Shown: piece by piece, positions 18,803 through 28,748 of the stretch
How positions within the stretch are numbered: position 1 is the stretch's first letter
Layout of the letters: each line of letters starts with the position of its first letter
DNA from: an uncultured bacterium
Lineage (GTDB): Bacteria > Zixibacteria > MSB-5A5 > GN15 > PGXB01
Assembly (NCBI GenBank): GCA_965602655.1
Contig: CBFCZE010000001.1
Coordinates: 1-60,126, forward strand
DNA length: 60,126 nucleotides
Direction: 5' to 3'
The notes under the pieces: model-generated
Databases searched by the model: none
Seen by the model: only the letters and a program-made list of their open reading frames with translations
What the model was told of the DNA's origin: nothing
Translations under genes and position numbers: made by a program

Positions 18803-19210
18803 ATGGCAAGAAGGCCAGTTCTCGAGATTGATGGCGTGACATATTCAAATGTGCACGAGGTATCATTTGAGATGTACACTCCGTATGACGATACTTGTCG
18901 TCCGACTGATCGTCCGCATGCCAAGTGTCTTAGAATTGAACGTGAAATGGATGCCGAGTCACCAGTGATTGCGCAGTGGGCGGCCGATAAGACAGGAACC
19001 AGTCGTAAAACCGGATCGATCAGTATTAGAGATTCTGACGATGCCGATATGCTAGTCATATCCTGGACCAATGGTTTTATTTCAAATTACCGTTGTGAGG
19101 TACCGGATATTGTGGAAAAGGCCAAATTGCAGCCGTTTGAAACATTCGAAATTCTGTTTGAGACGGTTACTATTGGCGAAGCAACAATTGATAATTTCTG
19201 GAAAGCATAG
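18803..19210 (+). CDS. hcp: Hcp/TssD tube protein
   Basis: 135 aa. The start ...PVLEIDGVTYSNVHEVSFEMYTPYDDTCRPTDRPHAKCLRIERE resembles tube proteins ('l.idG..y.v....f.....D..G.P......g.i'). Strong RBS (AAAGGAGAG). It lies between tssC and vgrG. Confidence 0.7.
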   Translation: MARRPVLEIDGVTYSNVHEVSFEMYTPYDDTCRPTDRPHAKCLRIEREMDAESPVIAQWAADKTGTSRKTGSISIRDSDDADMLVISWTNGFISNYRCEVPDIVEKAKLQPFETFEILFETVTIGEATIDNFWKA

Positions 19211-19224
19211 ATAAATTTATATTT

Positions 19225-19250
19225 TCGGGCGGAGTGAAAACTCCGCCCGA
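19225..19250 (+). terminator. GC-rich hairpin between hcp and vgrG (possible attenuator / partial terminator)
   Basis: TCGGGCGGAG (19225-19234), loop TGAAAA, CTCCGCCCGA (19241-19250): a perfect 10-bp stem 15 nt after the hcp stop. The downstream U-tract is poor (GTAAAATTATTT). Confidence 0.45.
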
Positions 19251-19278
19251 GTAAAATTATTTAAAGGCGGTTTCACTC

Positions 19279-21012
19279 ATGCCTATCATACCTGAAGAAC
19301 CTAATATACCTGATGAGCCTAATGCACCTAATAGGATTAAAATTGAAACACCGGCCGAATGTACAGTTAAGGTCCAAAACGAAGAACTAAAATACAGCAT
19401 ATATTCGGTTAAACTTAAACAATATATAGATAATCATCACGTTCTAAAAGTTATGCTTCGTCAGGATATAATTGGCGATGATCAAATTAGTGACCCAACA
19501 AAATATTCCGGTTTTTTGGGGGAATCGATTTCTGTTGGAATCATTCCTGCCACTGACAAAGTCGATAGCTCATCTAATTTGGAATTTATTGGTGTGGTCA
19601 CCGAAGTTCGTTTTGAAAACAGCGTTGATGAGGTTAATATTCTTGTTATCACAGCCAAAAGTCCGACAATCGCTATGGATGGTTTCAAGCGTAACAATAT
19701 TAGTTTTGATCAGACGGCAAGTGATATTGCCGGTGGGATATTAAGTAATTATCAGATTACTCTTGGTGAAGTTGAATCAACTTCGGCAAGTATAAATTTT
19801 TCTGTGCAATATCGAGAATCTGACTATGATTATGTTATGCGATTGGCGGCAGGAGCCGGGAAATTTGCTTTTTATGATGGAAAAGAATTTCGTTTTGTCT
19901 CGGCCAGTAGCGCCGACGAGCATGAATTGAAATGGAGAGAAAATCTTGGTTCGTTCTCGTTGGGGCTGGGCACAAATTCTGTAAATTATGAGGGAAAGTC
20001 CTATAATTACGAGGATGACAGTGAACAAAGTTCCTCCTCAGATTCATTAAGTACTTCCTTGTCATCGTTATCAAAAACATCGTTAAACGCCTCTGAAAAT
20101 ATCTATACAGAATATGGTGAATGGAATGATATTCAGGTAGTTAAGGATGCCAAATCACTTGAAGAGGTATTAAACAATGAAAAAGCCCAGGCAATAGGGA
20201 AGATGATTCAGTGTCATGGACACTCGATTGTTCCCAGTGTATCGGTAGGTCATTGTGTAAAAATTTTAGGATTGGATAGTTTTAATCAACAATATTGGGT
20301 GAGCGAAGTTGTCCATATACTTGATAACACCGGCAAATATCATAACGAATTTAAATGTACTCCACTTGATGTAGCATATCCGACCAATCCGGCAACTACG
20401 AATAAAACATTAGCCAGAATTCAAACTGGTGTAGTGGTGGATAATGTCGACCCCGATGAATTGGGGCGAATCAAGATAAGAGTTTTATGGTGCGATGAAA
20501 CAATCTGGGTCAGATATACCTCACTTCATGCCGGGGGTGAAAGGGGATTTTACTGTCTTCCCGAAATAGATGACGAAGTTCTGGTTGCTTTTGAAGAAGG
20601 TGATCCAAATCGCCCGATAGTAATCGGTTCGCTGTATAATAAGAGTCAAATACCGCCAACATCGCCCGATGATGAGAATCTGAAAAAGATGTTTAAAACA
20701 AAAAGCGGCAATCAGATTGTTTTTATTGATGAGAGTGGCGGCGAAAAAATTGAGATTTCTCATGGCGACGGACAAAATGCTATCGTATTAGACTTAAGCG
20801 GCCCCTCCATTACTTTTACCAGTGATGGGGGTGATATTACTTTAGAGGGCAACAACATTACCCTTAAGGCTGAAAGCGGAATAACTATGGATGCTGGCAC
20901 TGAGGTAAAGGCGGAAGCGGGCAGTACAATGACTCTTAAGGCATCGGCCAGTCAGACTATTGAAGCATCAGGGACTGTTGACATTAAGGGAGCTACCATC
21001 AATTTAAATTAA
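19279..21012 (+). CDS. vgrG: VgrG/TssI spike protein (gp27-like + gp5 OB-fold + short beta-helix)
   Basis: gp5/phage baseplate V signature ARIQTGVVVDNVDPDELGRIKIRVLW...YCLPEIDDEVLVAFEEGDPNRPIVIGSLYN. C-terminal repetitive beta-helix (ITFTSDGGDITLEGNNITLKAESGITMDAGTEVKAEAGSTMTLKAS...). Confidence 0.85.
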   Translation: MPIIPEEPNIPDEPNAPNRIKIETPAECTVKVQNEELKYSIYSVKLKQYIDNHHVLKVMLRQDIIGDDQISDPTKYSGFLGESISVGIIPATDKVDSSSNLEFIGVVTEVRFENSVDEVNILVITAKSPTIAMDGFKRNNISFDQTASDIAGGILSNYQITLGEVESTSASINFSVQYRESDYDYVMRLAAGAGKFAFYDGKEFRFVSASSADEHELKWRENLGSFSLGLGTNSVNYEGKSYNYEDDSEQSSSSDSLSTSLSSLSKTSLNASENIYTEYGEWNDIQVVKDAKSLEEVLNNEKAQAIGKMIQCHGHSIVPSVSVGHCVKILGLDSFNQQYWVSEVVHILDNTGKYHNEFKCTPLDVAYPTNPATTNKTLARIQTGVVVDNVDPDELGRIKIRVLWCDETIWVRYTSLHAGGERGFYCLPEIDDEVLVAFEEGDPNRPIVIGSLYNKSQIPPTSPDDENLKKMFKTKSGNQIVFIDESGGEKIEISHGDGQNAIVLDLSGPSITFTSDGGDITLEGNNITLKAESGITMDAGTEVKAEAGSTMTLKASASQTIEASGTVDIKGATINLN

Positions 21013-21028
21013 ATAGATGTTGATATAA

Positions 21029-21403
21029 ATGGAATATCTGGCACTACCGTTTGTACTTCGCAAAGGCTATCTTGGCCGGGCCGAAATATATGATTCAATC
21101 GCTCAATCTATTGGACTGATTCTAAGTACGCGTCTTAAAATGCTGCCGTTTGACAAAAACTACGGATGCGATATTTGGGATAATGAGTTTTCCGATATCC
21201 AGACAATTAATAAAAGTGATATGCGAGCCAGTTTTAGAAACTCGATTTCTAAATATGAAAAACGATTGGAAAATGTGGCTGTTTCATTTACGGCTTTGTC
21301 CGACAGTAAACCCCATTTGATTGGGATGGTTGCCAAAGTAACCGGTACATATTTTGACGGAAAATCAAAAAAAAGATTTGAGGCTGGCTACAATGTGGGA
21401 TAG
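21029..21403 (+). CDS. tssE: TssE / gp25-like baseplate wedge protein
   Basis: 124 aa. GPW/gp25 family pattern SIAQSIGLILSTRLKMLPFDKNYGCDIWDNEFS. Confidence 0.8.
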   Translation: MEYLALPFVLRKGYLGRAEIYDSIAQSIGLILSTRLKMLPFDKNYGCDIWDNEFSDIQTINKSDMRASFRNSISKYEKRLENVAVSFTALSDSKPHLIGMVAKVTGTYFDGKSKKRFEAGYNVG

Positions 21404-21418
21404 AATGGGGTAAATATT

Positions 21419-23083
21419 ATGTCTGAAAATAAATCGTTATCATATGATAAAATATTTGCCCAGATGCATCGGGAACTGCGAACCTGGAACCGCGATATAC
21501 CGGAATCACCGGATCGGCTGGATCCAATTTTAAAAATTATGATGCAGATGCATGCGCATCAGTTATCCCGCTTGGATAAACGGATTGATCTGGTTTGGGA
21601 AAATGCCAAGGAATCATTGATTCGAACAGTTTGTCCCGAAAGTATGCGGTGGCCGATTCCTGCAATCACCGTCATGAGTTGTGAGCCGGAGGATGCGATA
21701 ATTGAAGTCGATCCACATACCCGCTTTTTCTACAAAGAACAGCGCGAGCGCGGTCAAACTTTCTTTTTCTCAGGACTTCGGAAAGAGAAAATTCTTTCGG
21801 CGGAGGTTAAATATATATTTTTGAAGACAGGAGAAAATTTTTTTGATCTGGATAATTTAGGCGGGGGAGAAGATACTTTTTCTGTTTCATCGATAAAAAA
21901 GATTTCCGGCGGCGACAATCAATTGTATGTCGCCGTTGATTATGAAGGGGCCTTATCTAATTTTTCCGATACGGCACTTTTTGTTAAGGGTCATCCTGAC
22001 CTTTTGAGACAGATGCAGTGGAGCAAGTGGTACCCCGGTTCGAATTTTGGAGGATTTCATGAAGATTGCGGCTTTTGTCCCGGGCGGAATAACACTCTCG
22101 AGAGTATGTTTTCCCAATCTGACAAGCAGGTAGAATGGGGCAGTCTCCGCTCAACCGATGATCTTTATACGATACTCGCCAATAGTTTTGTTCGCCTGCC
22201 GGAAAATTTTGTTTCTACCTGGGAGGTTGGGCCGCCTAATGAAAAACTTCAGGAATTCATTAAAAAACAGGAACACCCTCTGGCCAGCGAAAGTGGAAAT
22301 CAGTTCTGGATCAAGATCGACCTGCCAGAGAAAGGGCGGAGAGATGTTTTTTCCGAAGGATTAAAGATTTTATTTAATTGCTTTATTGTCGCCAATAAAA
22401 ATGAGTTGACTCTTTTTAAGCATACCGGCGGTTATAAGTTGATCGAAATCGAATTGCCCGATGATCTTGATAATATTCTTGAGATAAATCGAGTCGTCGA
22501 TTCCAACGGCCGCGAGTATAAAATCCGACATTTGGCTTCCGAACGGGATCAGGGGATATACTCTCTTGAAGAACGGAAAAATAAACTTGTCTTATGGTTT
22601 GATTATACGCAGGATATTGATCGGCCTCCCGATTCTATTACCATATATTATTCGACTACATCAGGCATTAGTGCCAATGGTATAGATGCCGGAGAAATCA
22701 CCGAGCTATATGAAAGCCATCCGGGGATTGTCTCGGCTCAAAATGTCTTACCGACCGGTGGAGCCATACCGGCCAAAACTGCCGAGCAGATTGCATCCGA
22801 GGTGGCATCTCGGCTGAGAAATCGAGACCGTGCGTTAAGTTTCACCGAAATCGCCAATTGGGCAACCGCCTTTGATCCAAGAATAAAAAGGGCGGAATGT
22901 TCCAATTCAATAGAGCGGGCCCGAAGAGGTATTCGTCGTTGTATCCTGGTGACCGTTTTGGTTAATCCCGAAAAGTTTTATTCCGACAGCGAAACCGAGC
23001 TCTTAAAAGAAAGGTTGGGGATTTATTTGAAATCACGGGTTCCGGTCAATACCCATTTCAAAATAAAGATTGTTACAAAATGA
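21419..23083 (+). CDS. tssF: TssF-like baseplate protein
   Basis: 554 aa, between tssE and tssG, with a 4-nt overlap with the next gene. Called by size and synteny; no diagnostic motif recognised by eye. Confidence 0.6.
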   Translation: MSENKSLSYDKIFAQMHRELRTWNRDIPESPDRLDPILKIMMQMHAHQLSRLDKRIDLVWENAKESLIRTVCPESMRWPIPAITVMSCEPEDAIIEVDPHTRFFYKEQRERGQTFFFSGLRKEKILSAEVKYIFLKTGENFFDLDNLGGGEDTFSVSSIKKISGGDNQLYVAVDYEGALSNFSDTALFVKGHPDLLRQMQWSKWYPGSNFGGFHEDCGFCPGRNNTLESMFSQSDKQVEWGSLRSTDDLYTILANSFVRLPENFVSTWEVGPPNEKLQEFIKKQEHPLASESGNQFWIKIDLPEKGRRDVFSEGLKILFNCFIVANKNELTLFKHTGGYKLIEIELPDDLDNILEINRVVDSNGREYKIRHLASERDQGIYSLEERKNKLVLWFDYTQDIDRPPDSITIYYSTTSGISANGIDAGEITELYESHPGIVSAQNVLPTGGAIPAKTAEQIASEVASRLRNRDRALSFTEIANWATAFDPRIKRAECSNSIERARRGIRRCILVTVLVNPEKFYSDSETELLKERLGIYLKSRVPVNTHFKIKIVTK

Positions 23084-24006
23084 GTGCCCCCGATAAAATA
23101 ATGCCCGATTTTTGCAATCGGCGTTTTCCATTTCATTTCACCACGGCGATGCATATTTTGAGAAAAATGGGCATCGACCCAAAAACTATTGAAATTCTGG
23201 CTATCGGCAAATATGAAAATTATAAGGGCGAAATAAGTAGCCAGGAACCGGCGCCAAAAACTCAGATTACACGTGGTACAAAAATAGTCTTACAGGTAGG
23301 ATGTACCAGCGCTATCGATCTTATGCCATATCAATTTTTCTATGGGCTGGCCGGTATAACTGATAGAGCATCTGATTGGGAAAATAGCGCCAGGCGATTA
23401 ATGGCGCCGTTTGACGCCGCCTTTATCAGATATATGGCCGCCGCTTCCTATGAAAACATGAAATTCAATTTCAATTTTATCGATGATAAACATCTGTCAA
23501 AGTATCTTGAATTATATGATTTTGCCGGAATTGATATCAGCGATCCGGCAACCGCGGCACGATGGCAGGCTATTATGCCGACTTTTCATATCTGGGCCGG
23601 CAATTCCGAAATGACGTCAAAAATCTTAAGATTTCTTTTTGGTTTGGATTTTCAAATTAATGAAAGTGTTCCAATCCGATTCGAAATTCCCAAAGATTTG
23701 AAATACACTCTTGGTTCAAAAAGCAAAAGACTGGGATATGAATCTATTGCCGGTACGGCTTTTGTTGAGTGTGACACCGGCTACCAGGTGGTTATAAGCG
23801 GCCTTAAAGAGGAAGATGTCCCTGAGCTTTTGCCGGGAAAACCGTTGCGGAAAAAAATTGAAGCGGTTCTGGATTACTGTATGCCGGGAAACCTCAATTA
23901 TATAATCAGAATTAAAGTTGATAAGGAAAAAGCCTTACTTGGCGACAAAACAAATAAGGGATATTTGGGATTTACTACATTTATAAAGGATAAAGAATTA
24001 TACTAA
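23080..24006 (+). CDS. tssG: TssG-like baseplate protein
   Basis: 308 aa, translationally coupled to tssF (ATGA overlap). Called by size and synteny only. Confidence 0.55.
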   Translation: MSAPDKIMPDFCNRRFPFHFTTAMHILRKMGIDPKTIEILAIGKYENYKGEISSQEPAPKTQITRGTKIVLQVGCTSAIDLMPYQFFYGLAGITDRASDWENSARRLMAPFDAAFIRYMAAASYENMKFNFNFIDDKHLSKYLELYDFAGIDISDPATAARWQAIMPTFHIWAGNSEMTSKILRFLFGLDFQINESVPIRFEIPKDLKYTLGSKSKRLGYESIAGTAFVECDTGYQVVISGLKEEDVPELLPGKPLRKKIEAVLDYCMPGNLNYIIRIKVDKEKALLGDKTNKGYLGFTTFIKDKELY

Positions 24007-24029
24007 TTTTTTGTAATAAACTTATAAAC

Positions 24030-24058
24030 TTGACATTGTTTGAATCAAAATGTAGATT
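24030..24058 (+). promoter_or_regulatory. sigma70-like internal promoter upstream of tssK (TTGACA-N17-TAGATT)
   Basis: TTGACA at 24030-24035, a 17-nt spacer, TAGATT at 24053-24058, in the 76-nt gap between tssG and tssK. Confidence 0.4.
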
Positions 24059-24082
24059 CTTTGGAAGGTTTGAGGCAAGATA

Positions 24083-25531
24083 ATGAGTGACTTAAACTTA
24101 TATTCGGTTAACTGGCAGGACGGCATGCTGATAACGCAGCGTCATTTAATGGATCAGGAAAAATACTTTGAAACGTTGACCAGATGGCAGGCTCTCAACA
24201 CAGGTTTTGGTTATGGTCTCGTATCCAAATCGACTGCCGGAAAATCAACGCTTAATCTTAATTTAACCGTTAATGGTGATCAACTGCGAGTTGAGGTTAG
24301 CCGCTGCCAGGCTCTGACGCCGGGCGGGCATTATATTGAGATTAACGATACTTTAAATAATCCCCTCAAAGCGGAATGCCAGGTGGGTGATTCTCCCATG
24401 ATTGTATATATCGGTATCGATCCGAAAAACAAAAATGCTGTCGGCGATGCCGAACCCGAGGAGGAGTTGCCTCGCCTGCCGTATCGTGTTAACCAGTACT
24501 TGCTTTCTCTTGGGGAACCGCCTAATCTTCCGGAGGAAAATTATATTCCCGCGGCCGAGTTAAATGTTTCAGGCGGCGAGGTTAGCCTGTCGAATGATTA
24601 TTATCCGCCGTGTGTGACCGTTTCGGCCGGTGAACATCTAATGCAGAAAGCCGGCGATTTTAAAAATCGACTGGAGAATCTGTTATCCTTGGCCTCTCGC
24701 GCTTTTATGGCGATGGCATCCGATACATCATTGTCAGGTGAAAAAACAAATTTGCAGACTGCTTATCGTGATATGATGTCCCTCTTCGTTTATAATCTGG
24801 CTTCGATGCTGGATGATTTTGCGGTCGGGCGCCGGATGATGCATCCATTAAAACTGATTATCAACATAAAGAAACTTTTCCGGGTATTATCATCGCTTTT
24901 AAATATGCAGCCCGGTTTGAAGGACTATCTCAATGAGCGGTACTTCAGTAAAGAGCGAAAATCCGAGATTGGCCGGTTTCTGGCCCTGATTGACGGATTT
25001 CTTTTGAGTGAGTATAATCATCTTGATATTAGATCTCAGGTAAAAGTAATTGATGAAATATTTGAAGAGCTACGCGGTTTGATGGGCTTTTTAGCGCAGA
25101 CCAAACGGGAGCAGCTCGGCGATCAGGCGGTGGCGACCGACACGCTAACATACCGAAGCCGAACCTACCGGTTAGCCGAGTATGGTTCAAACAAAGTTGA
25201 GAATATCGGCGGACTTAATTATTTGATGATTGAAATTTCCAAGCCGCTGCCGATATCTGATACTGTGATTCTGATGTCAAAAGATTTATTTGGCGATGCC
25301 GGATGGGCCAGTATGCAGGTACGGTTGGGTCTTAATGACGCCCGCGGATTGGGCGAAACCGACCCGGTCGATATCGATGGGACTACTTTTGGAAACAAAG
25401 TGACTCTGCATCCGCAGGATATGCTCCAATCACAAGCGGTGAAGCAGATAACATTAATTTTCCGTGGAGCTGGAGATACAGATAAATTTTCCGGTTTAGG
25501 TAAAACTGACCTTATAATATATACTTTGTAA
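24083..25531 (+). CDS. tssK: TssK baseplate protein
   Basis: 482 aa. The N-terminus SVNWQDGMLITQRHLMDQEKYFE matches the canonical TssK opening 'V.W.EGM.L.PQHFQQ.D.Y'. Confidence 0.75.
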   Translation: MSDLNLYSVNWQDGMLITQRHLMDQEKYFETLTRWQALNTGFGYGLVSKSTAGKSTLNLNLTVNGDQLRVEVSRCQALTPGGHYIEINDTLNNPLKAECQVGDSPMIVYIGIDPKNKNAVGDAEPEEELPRLPYRVNQYLLSLGEPPNLPEENYIPAAELNVSGGEVSLSNDYYPPCVTVSAGEHLMQKAGDFKNRLENLLSLASRAFMAMASDTSLSGEKTNLQTAYRDMMSLFVYNLASMLDDFAVGRRMMHPLKLIINIKKLFRVLSSLLNMQPGLKDYLNERYFSKERKSEIGRFLALIDGFLLSEYNHLDIRSQVKVIDEIFEELRGLMGFLAQTKREQLGDQAVATDTLTYRSRTYRLAEYGSNKVENIGGLNYLMIEISKPLPISDTVILMSKDLFGDAGWASMQVRLGLNDARGLGETDPVDIDGTTFGNKVTLHPQDMLQSQAVKQITLIFRGAGDTDKFSGLGKTDLIIYTL

Positions 25532-25547
25532 AGGCAGGAAGTAACAG

Positions 25548-26477
25548 ATGGCGGCTGAGATTGAATCATATATAGACGACCTTTTTAATTATCTTGATAT
25601 CTATAAGAACCGGCAGTCGGAATTCAAGACCGAGGCTTTTTTGCAGACCTACAACGGTGTTTCGGCGGTCTTTAATACGTTGCGTCAACAAAGAGATGAG
25701 GCGGTCCATGTTGACCTGTATTTCCTCAATAAAATAAAGGCGACTCCATTGGCCGATTCCGATCTGCGCGAATTAACCATTCAGATTCTGATTACCTATT
25801 TTGAATCTGAGGCTGACACCGACGGCCAGTCCAACAAAGCCTTTTCGTATTGCCGCGGGCTTCGTACTGTCAAGCAGGATGTCCCGTATTTTGAAAACTA
25901 TCTGATGCCTCTCTTACTTAAAGAGAGAAGCCTTAAGGATAATTTCAAACTCAATACATTTTTCCTTAATGAAATTGCACGGTACATTAATAAGTTTGGA
26001 CGACCGCTCAATCCTAATATGACCCCGGAAAAATTTGCCTCGAAAAACAACCCGCTTAAATTGTTGGAGCTGACCAGACGTCGCCAGCAGTTAGGTAAGG
26101 ATTTAGTTTCGGATCGAAATTCACTTGAATTTGACCTGAAACGTCTTGGCGTTTTTGATAAGGTTTCTGAGAAGAATAAACTGATTGCTCAATATTTTGA
26201 CGAATGGAAATATTGTGAAAAGGGTGATTTTCTCTCAAAAGTCAAAGGCTGGTTATCTGAATTTGGCGGAAAATTCGGTGGCGCCTTTTCCAGTTTCCGG
26301 TATTTCCGGTTGGTCATTACTCAGCGTAAGGCGGCCTATTTGTTTTACAGCTTAATTATTATTCTGTTTTTATTATTGGCCGTTTATGTTCCGTCCAAAT
26401 GGAGAGAGAATTCACAGACTAAATTTGAACAGTTGCAAAAAAGAGCCTCCGAGGTCCCGAGTGGATCCGGTCGCTAA
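25548..26477 (+). CDS. tail-anchored inner-membrane protein (TssL/DotU-like topology, no recognisable sequence similarity)
   Basis: 309 aa: ~260 aa soluble and helical, a single TM AAYLFYSLIIILFLLLAVYV (~26330-26392), and a short C-terminal tail. It begins 16 nt after tssK. Confidence 0.6.
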   Translation: MAAEIESYIDDLFNYLDIYKNRQSEFKTEAFLQTYNGVSAVFNTLRQQRDEAVHVDLYFLNKIKATPLADSDLRELTIQILITYFESEADTDGQSNKAFSYCRGLRTVKQDVPYFENYLMPLLLKERSLKDNFKLNTFFLNEIARYINKFGRPLNPNMTPEKFASKNNPLKLLELTRRRQQLGKDLVSDRNSLEFDLKRLGVFDKVSEKNKLIAQYFDEWKYCEKGDFLSKVKGWLSEFGGKFGGAFSSFRYFRLVITQRKAAYLFYSLIIILFLLLAVYVPSKWRENSQTKFEQLQKRASEVPSGSGR

Positions 26478-26513
26478 TATAAATTGAATATATTTTGAGG
26501 TTAAAATAAAATT

Positions 26514-28718
26514 GTGAAACCGGGAAAAATTTTAAAGAAGCTGGTAAAAGTTTTTAAAAGCAGCTCCGGGGACGGTAAAAAAGGCGGCTCGGCTTTTGAC
26601 TGGCCATCGGGAACCAAAATAGCCATTTACGGTCATGCCAATGCCGGTAAGACGGTCTATTTTACCGTTCTCAACGAAGAGTGCAAAATCGGCAAGGATT
26701 TACAGCTATCGATTACCGATACGGCCACCGCCAGCGATATTTTATCAAATTATCGTGCTATCTGGGGTGTCGGTAGCGAGACCGGTTCCGGGACAGTCGT
26801 CGATTTGCGCGGTGAAAAAAAGTTCCCCGATTCCACCCCCGACGGAAAACTTTTTCTGTTTAATGCCATTGTTGATCGGAGCAGTAAATATTCGGTTTGT
26901 ACTTATGATTATGGCGGCAAAGCAATCTCTCTCAACAGCAGCGGCGAGCTAGCCGAAAAGGTAGCTGATTTTACCCTTGGAAGTGACGGTGTCCTGTTTT
27001 TCTTTGATCCCAAGGTGCTGGGGGCGGAAATGCAAACCCACGCCCATGTCGCTTCGTTTGTAAGCCTTTTGGAAAAACTGGCGCCGTTGGATAAGAAACT
27101 TCCGATACCGGTCGCACTGGTAATTACCAAAGCTGATATTTTACCCGGCTTTTCCGGCGAGGATAAATCGGTTTTGGTCAGCCCGGAGGATGAAAATATC
27201 CTGTCCGAAGATTTTGACTTTTTCCTTGAAAAAATACTCAACTCAAATAAAATTGCCTCTAATTCTGCCTGGTCTGGATCGGTCAGGAATGTACTTGTCA
27301 AGTTGCGCGAATTTTTGAAAGTCATTGTCGGTCGGACCTTGAATTTCCAGATATTTTTCGTTTCATCGACCGGACAGCAGCCGGAAAAAATCGGCACCGA
27401 TGTTGGACGTTCATTATACGCTCCACCCACAAAAATTAAACCGATCGGTGTTAAAGAACCGTTTTACTGGCTTCTAAATTCAATCGTTCAAAATAAACGT
27501 ATCGCCGGTTTTAAAAAACTGGCCAGATTTGTAGCTTATGTAAGTCTTTTATGGGTAGTTCTCTTTTCCGTACCTTATCTTTATCATGATAAATTCCTTC
27601 TGGAGCGTGCCATAAAAGCGGAAATGGATGTTCTTAAGGCATATTCGGGTAATATTTATAACACATCATTGAAGGAACGGAACAATGTTATAAATGCGTA
27701 CCGTAAGTACGACAACACCTGGATTACGCGCAATCTTTTTCCCCGATTTAGAAATCCGATTGCACGTATCAGGAGCCGTTATGAGAATTTCAATCTGGGC
27801 GAAGCCTTGGAGCGGTTGGATGAAACATTCCTGACTTTCAACGTTATCGTCAAGGACAAAAAACTCTGGCCGAAATTGAATCCCAGCGATACAACTCTTA
27901 TCGAGACAGAAAATCACAAAAAGCTGGTGGAAAATCTGGACAATTTCCATCAGGGTGATGAATCGACATCGCTGTACAAACGCAGCGGTCGGGCACTGAC
28001 ATATTGGAATCTTTTTACCCAGGCGATTCTGGCGCCAACCGATACGACTATCTGGGAGACAATCCGCCAACAGGTGGAGCAGGATAATAATCTTTACGCC
28101 TCCGATATGAGCAAAGCCGAAAAAGACCTGGGTTCATCATTAACTGCTCAGAGGGCAGAAAAAATTAAAACAGTGGTCGCCAAAGAAGTTGCCCAGAAAG
28201 CTGGTGTTGAATTTGACGATGTCATTGACAATGTTAACAATAACATGGATCCCGATTATCGATTTGGAAAAGCAATCCGGGATCTTCGCAAAGTTCGCGG
28301 CAAACTTGACCCGGCAAACACAAAAGCGATATCCTCAATTGATAAATATATCAGCGAAGTCAAAAAATGGGAAAAACGGCAAAGCTTTACCTGTAAAATA
28401 GGCGCGATTCCCGATCAGGGACATCTGCACATAGAAGTAACCGGCAAAGGACAGGACCCGTCGTGGTCGGAATTCTCTCAAATATTCGAAGGTGACGAAT
28501 TCAGCTTCAAGTGGAAACTTGGCGATGAGATACATATTGCTTATGATACTCCAGATATTGCCGAAACCTGGGGCAAGGATGCCAGCGACAAGAAAACCTT
28601 GCGAGGTAATGTGGCGGTTTTTGAAATGGATGGAGAAATAAATTTCAGTAATGTCGGTAAGACGGTTAGTATCAGCTTTACACCGGGCCTGATTGATCGT
28701 ATGCCGACTTTGGAGTAA
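26514..28718 (+). CDS. membrane-anchored GTPase-like P-loop protein with ~370-aa extracytoplasmic C-terminal domain
   Basis: GTG start. G1 GHANAGKT (26631-26654), G3 DYGG (26907-26918), G4 TKAD (27126-27137). One TM FVAYVSLLWVVLFSVPYLY (~27523-27585). The rest is mixed helical/beta. Confidence 0.7.
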   Translation: MKPGKILKKLVKVFKSSSGDGKKGGSAFDWPSGTKIAIYGHANAGKTVYFTVLNEECKIGKDLQLSITDTATASDILSNYRAIWGVGSETGSGTVVDLRGEKKFPDSTPDGKLFLFNAIVDRSSKYSVCTYDYGGKAISLNSSGELAEKVADFTLGSDGVLFFFDPKVLGAEMQTHAHVASFVSLLEKLAPLDKKLPIPVALVITKADILPGFSGEDKSVLVSPEDENILSEDFDFFLEKILNSNKIASNSAWSGSVRNVLVKLREFLKVIVGRTLNFQIFFVSSTGQQPEKIGTDVGRSLYAPPTKIKPIGVKEPFYWLLNSIVQNKRIAGFKKLARFVAYVSLLWVVLFSVPYLYHDKFLLERAIKAEMDVLKAYSGNIYNTSLKERNNVINAYRKYDNTWITRNLFPRFRNPIARIRSRYENFNLGEALERLDETFLTFNVIVKDKKLWPKLNPSDTTLIETENHKKLVENLDNFHQGDESTSLYKRSGRALTYWNLFTQAILAPTDTTIWETIRQQVEQDNNLYASDMSKAEKDLGSSLTAQRAEKIKTVVAKEVAQKAGVEFDDVIDNVNNNMDPDYRFGKAIRDLRKVRGKLDPANTKAISSIDKYISEVKKWEKRQSFTCKIGAIPDQGHLHIEVTGKGQDPSWSEFSQIFEGDEFSFKWKLGDEIHIAYDTPDIAETWGKDASDKKTLRGNVAVFEMDGEINFSNVGKTVSISFTPGLIDRMPTLE

Positions 28719-28748
28719 CTAAAAGATACTTAAAAAAGGAGTTGGGGG

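Noticed and set aside
14265-25531. Alternative reading of the contractile gene set as a prophage tail, tailocin or eCIS.
   Set aside because: ClpV and TssK are present. No tape-measure, tail-terminator, sheath-initiator/spike-cage, capsid, portal, terminase or lysis genes are present. The PAAR, Eag-like and VgrG context is T6SS-like.
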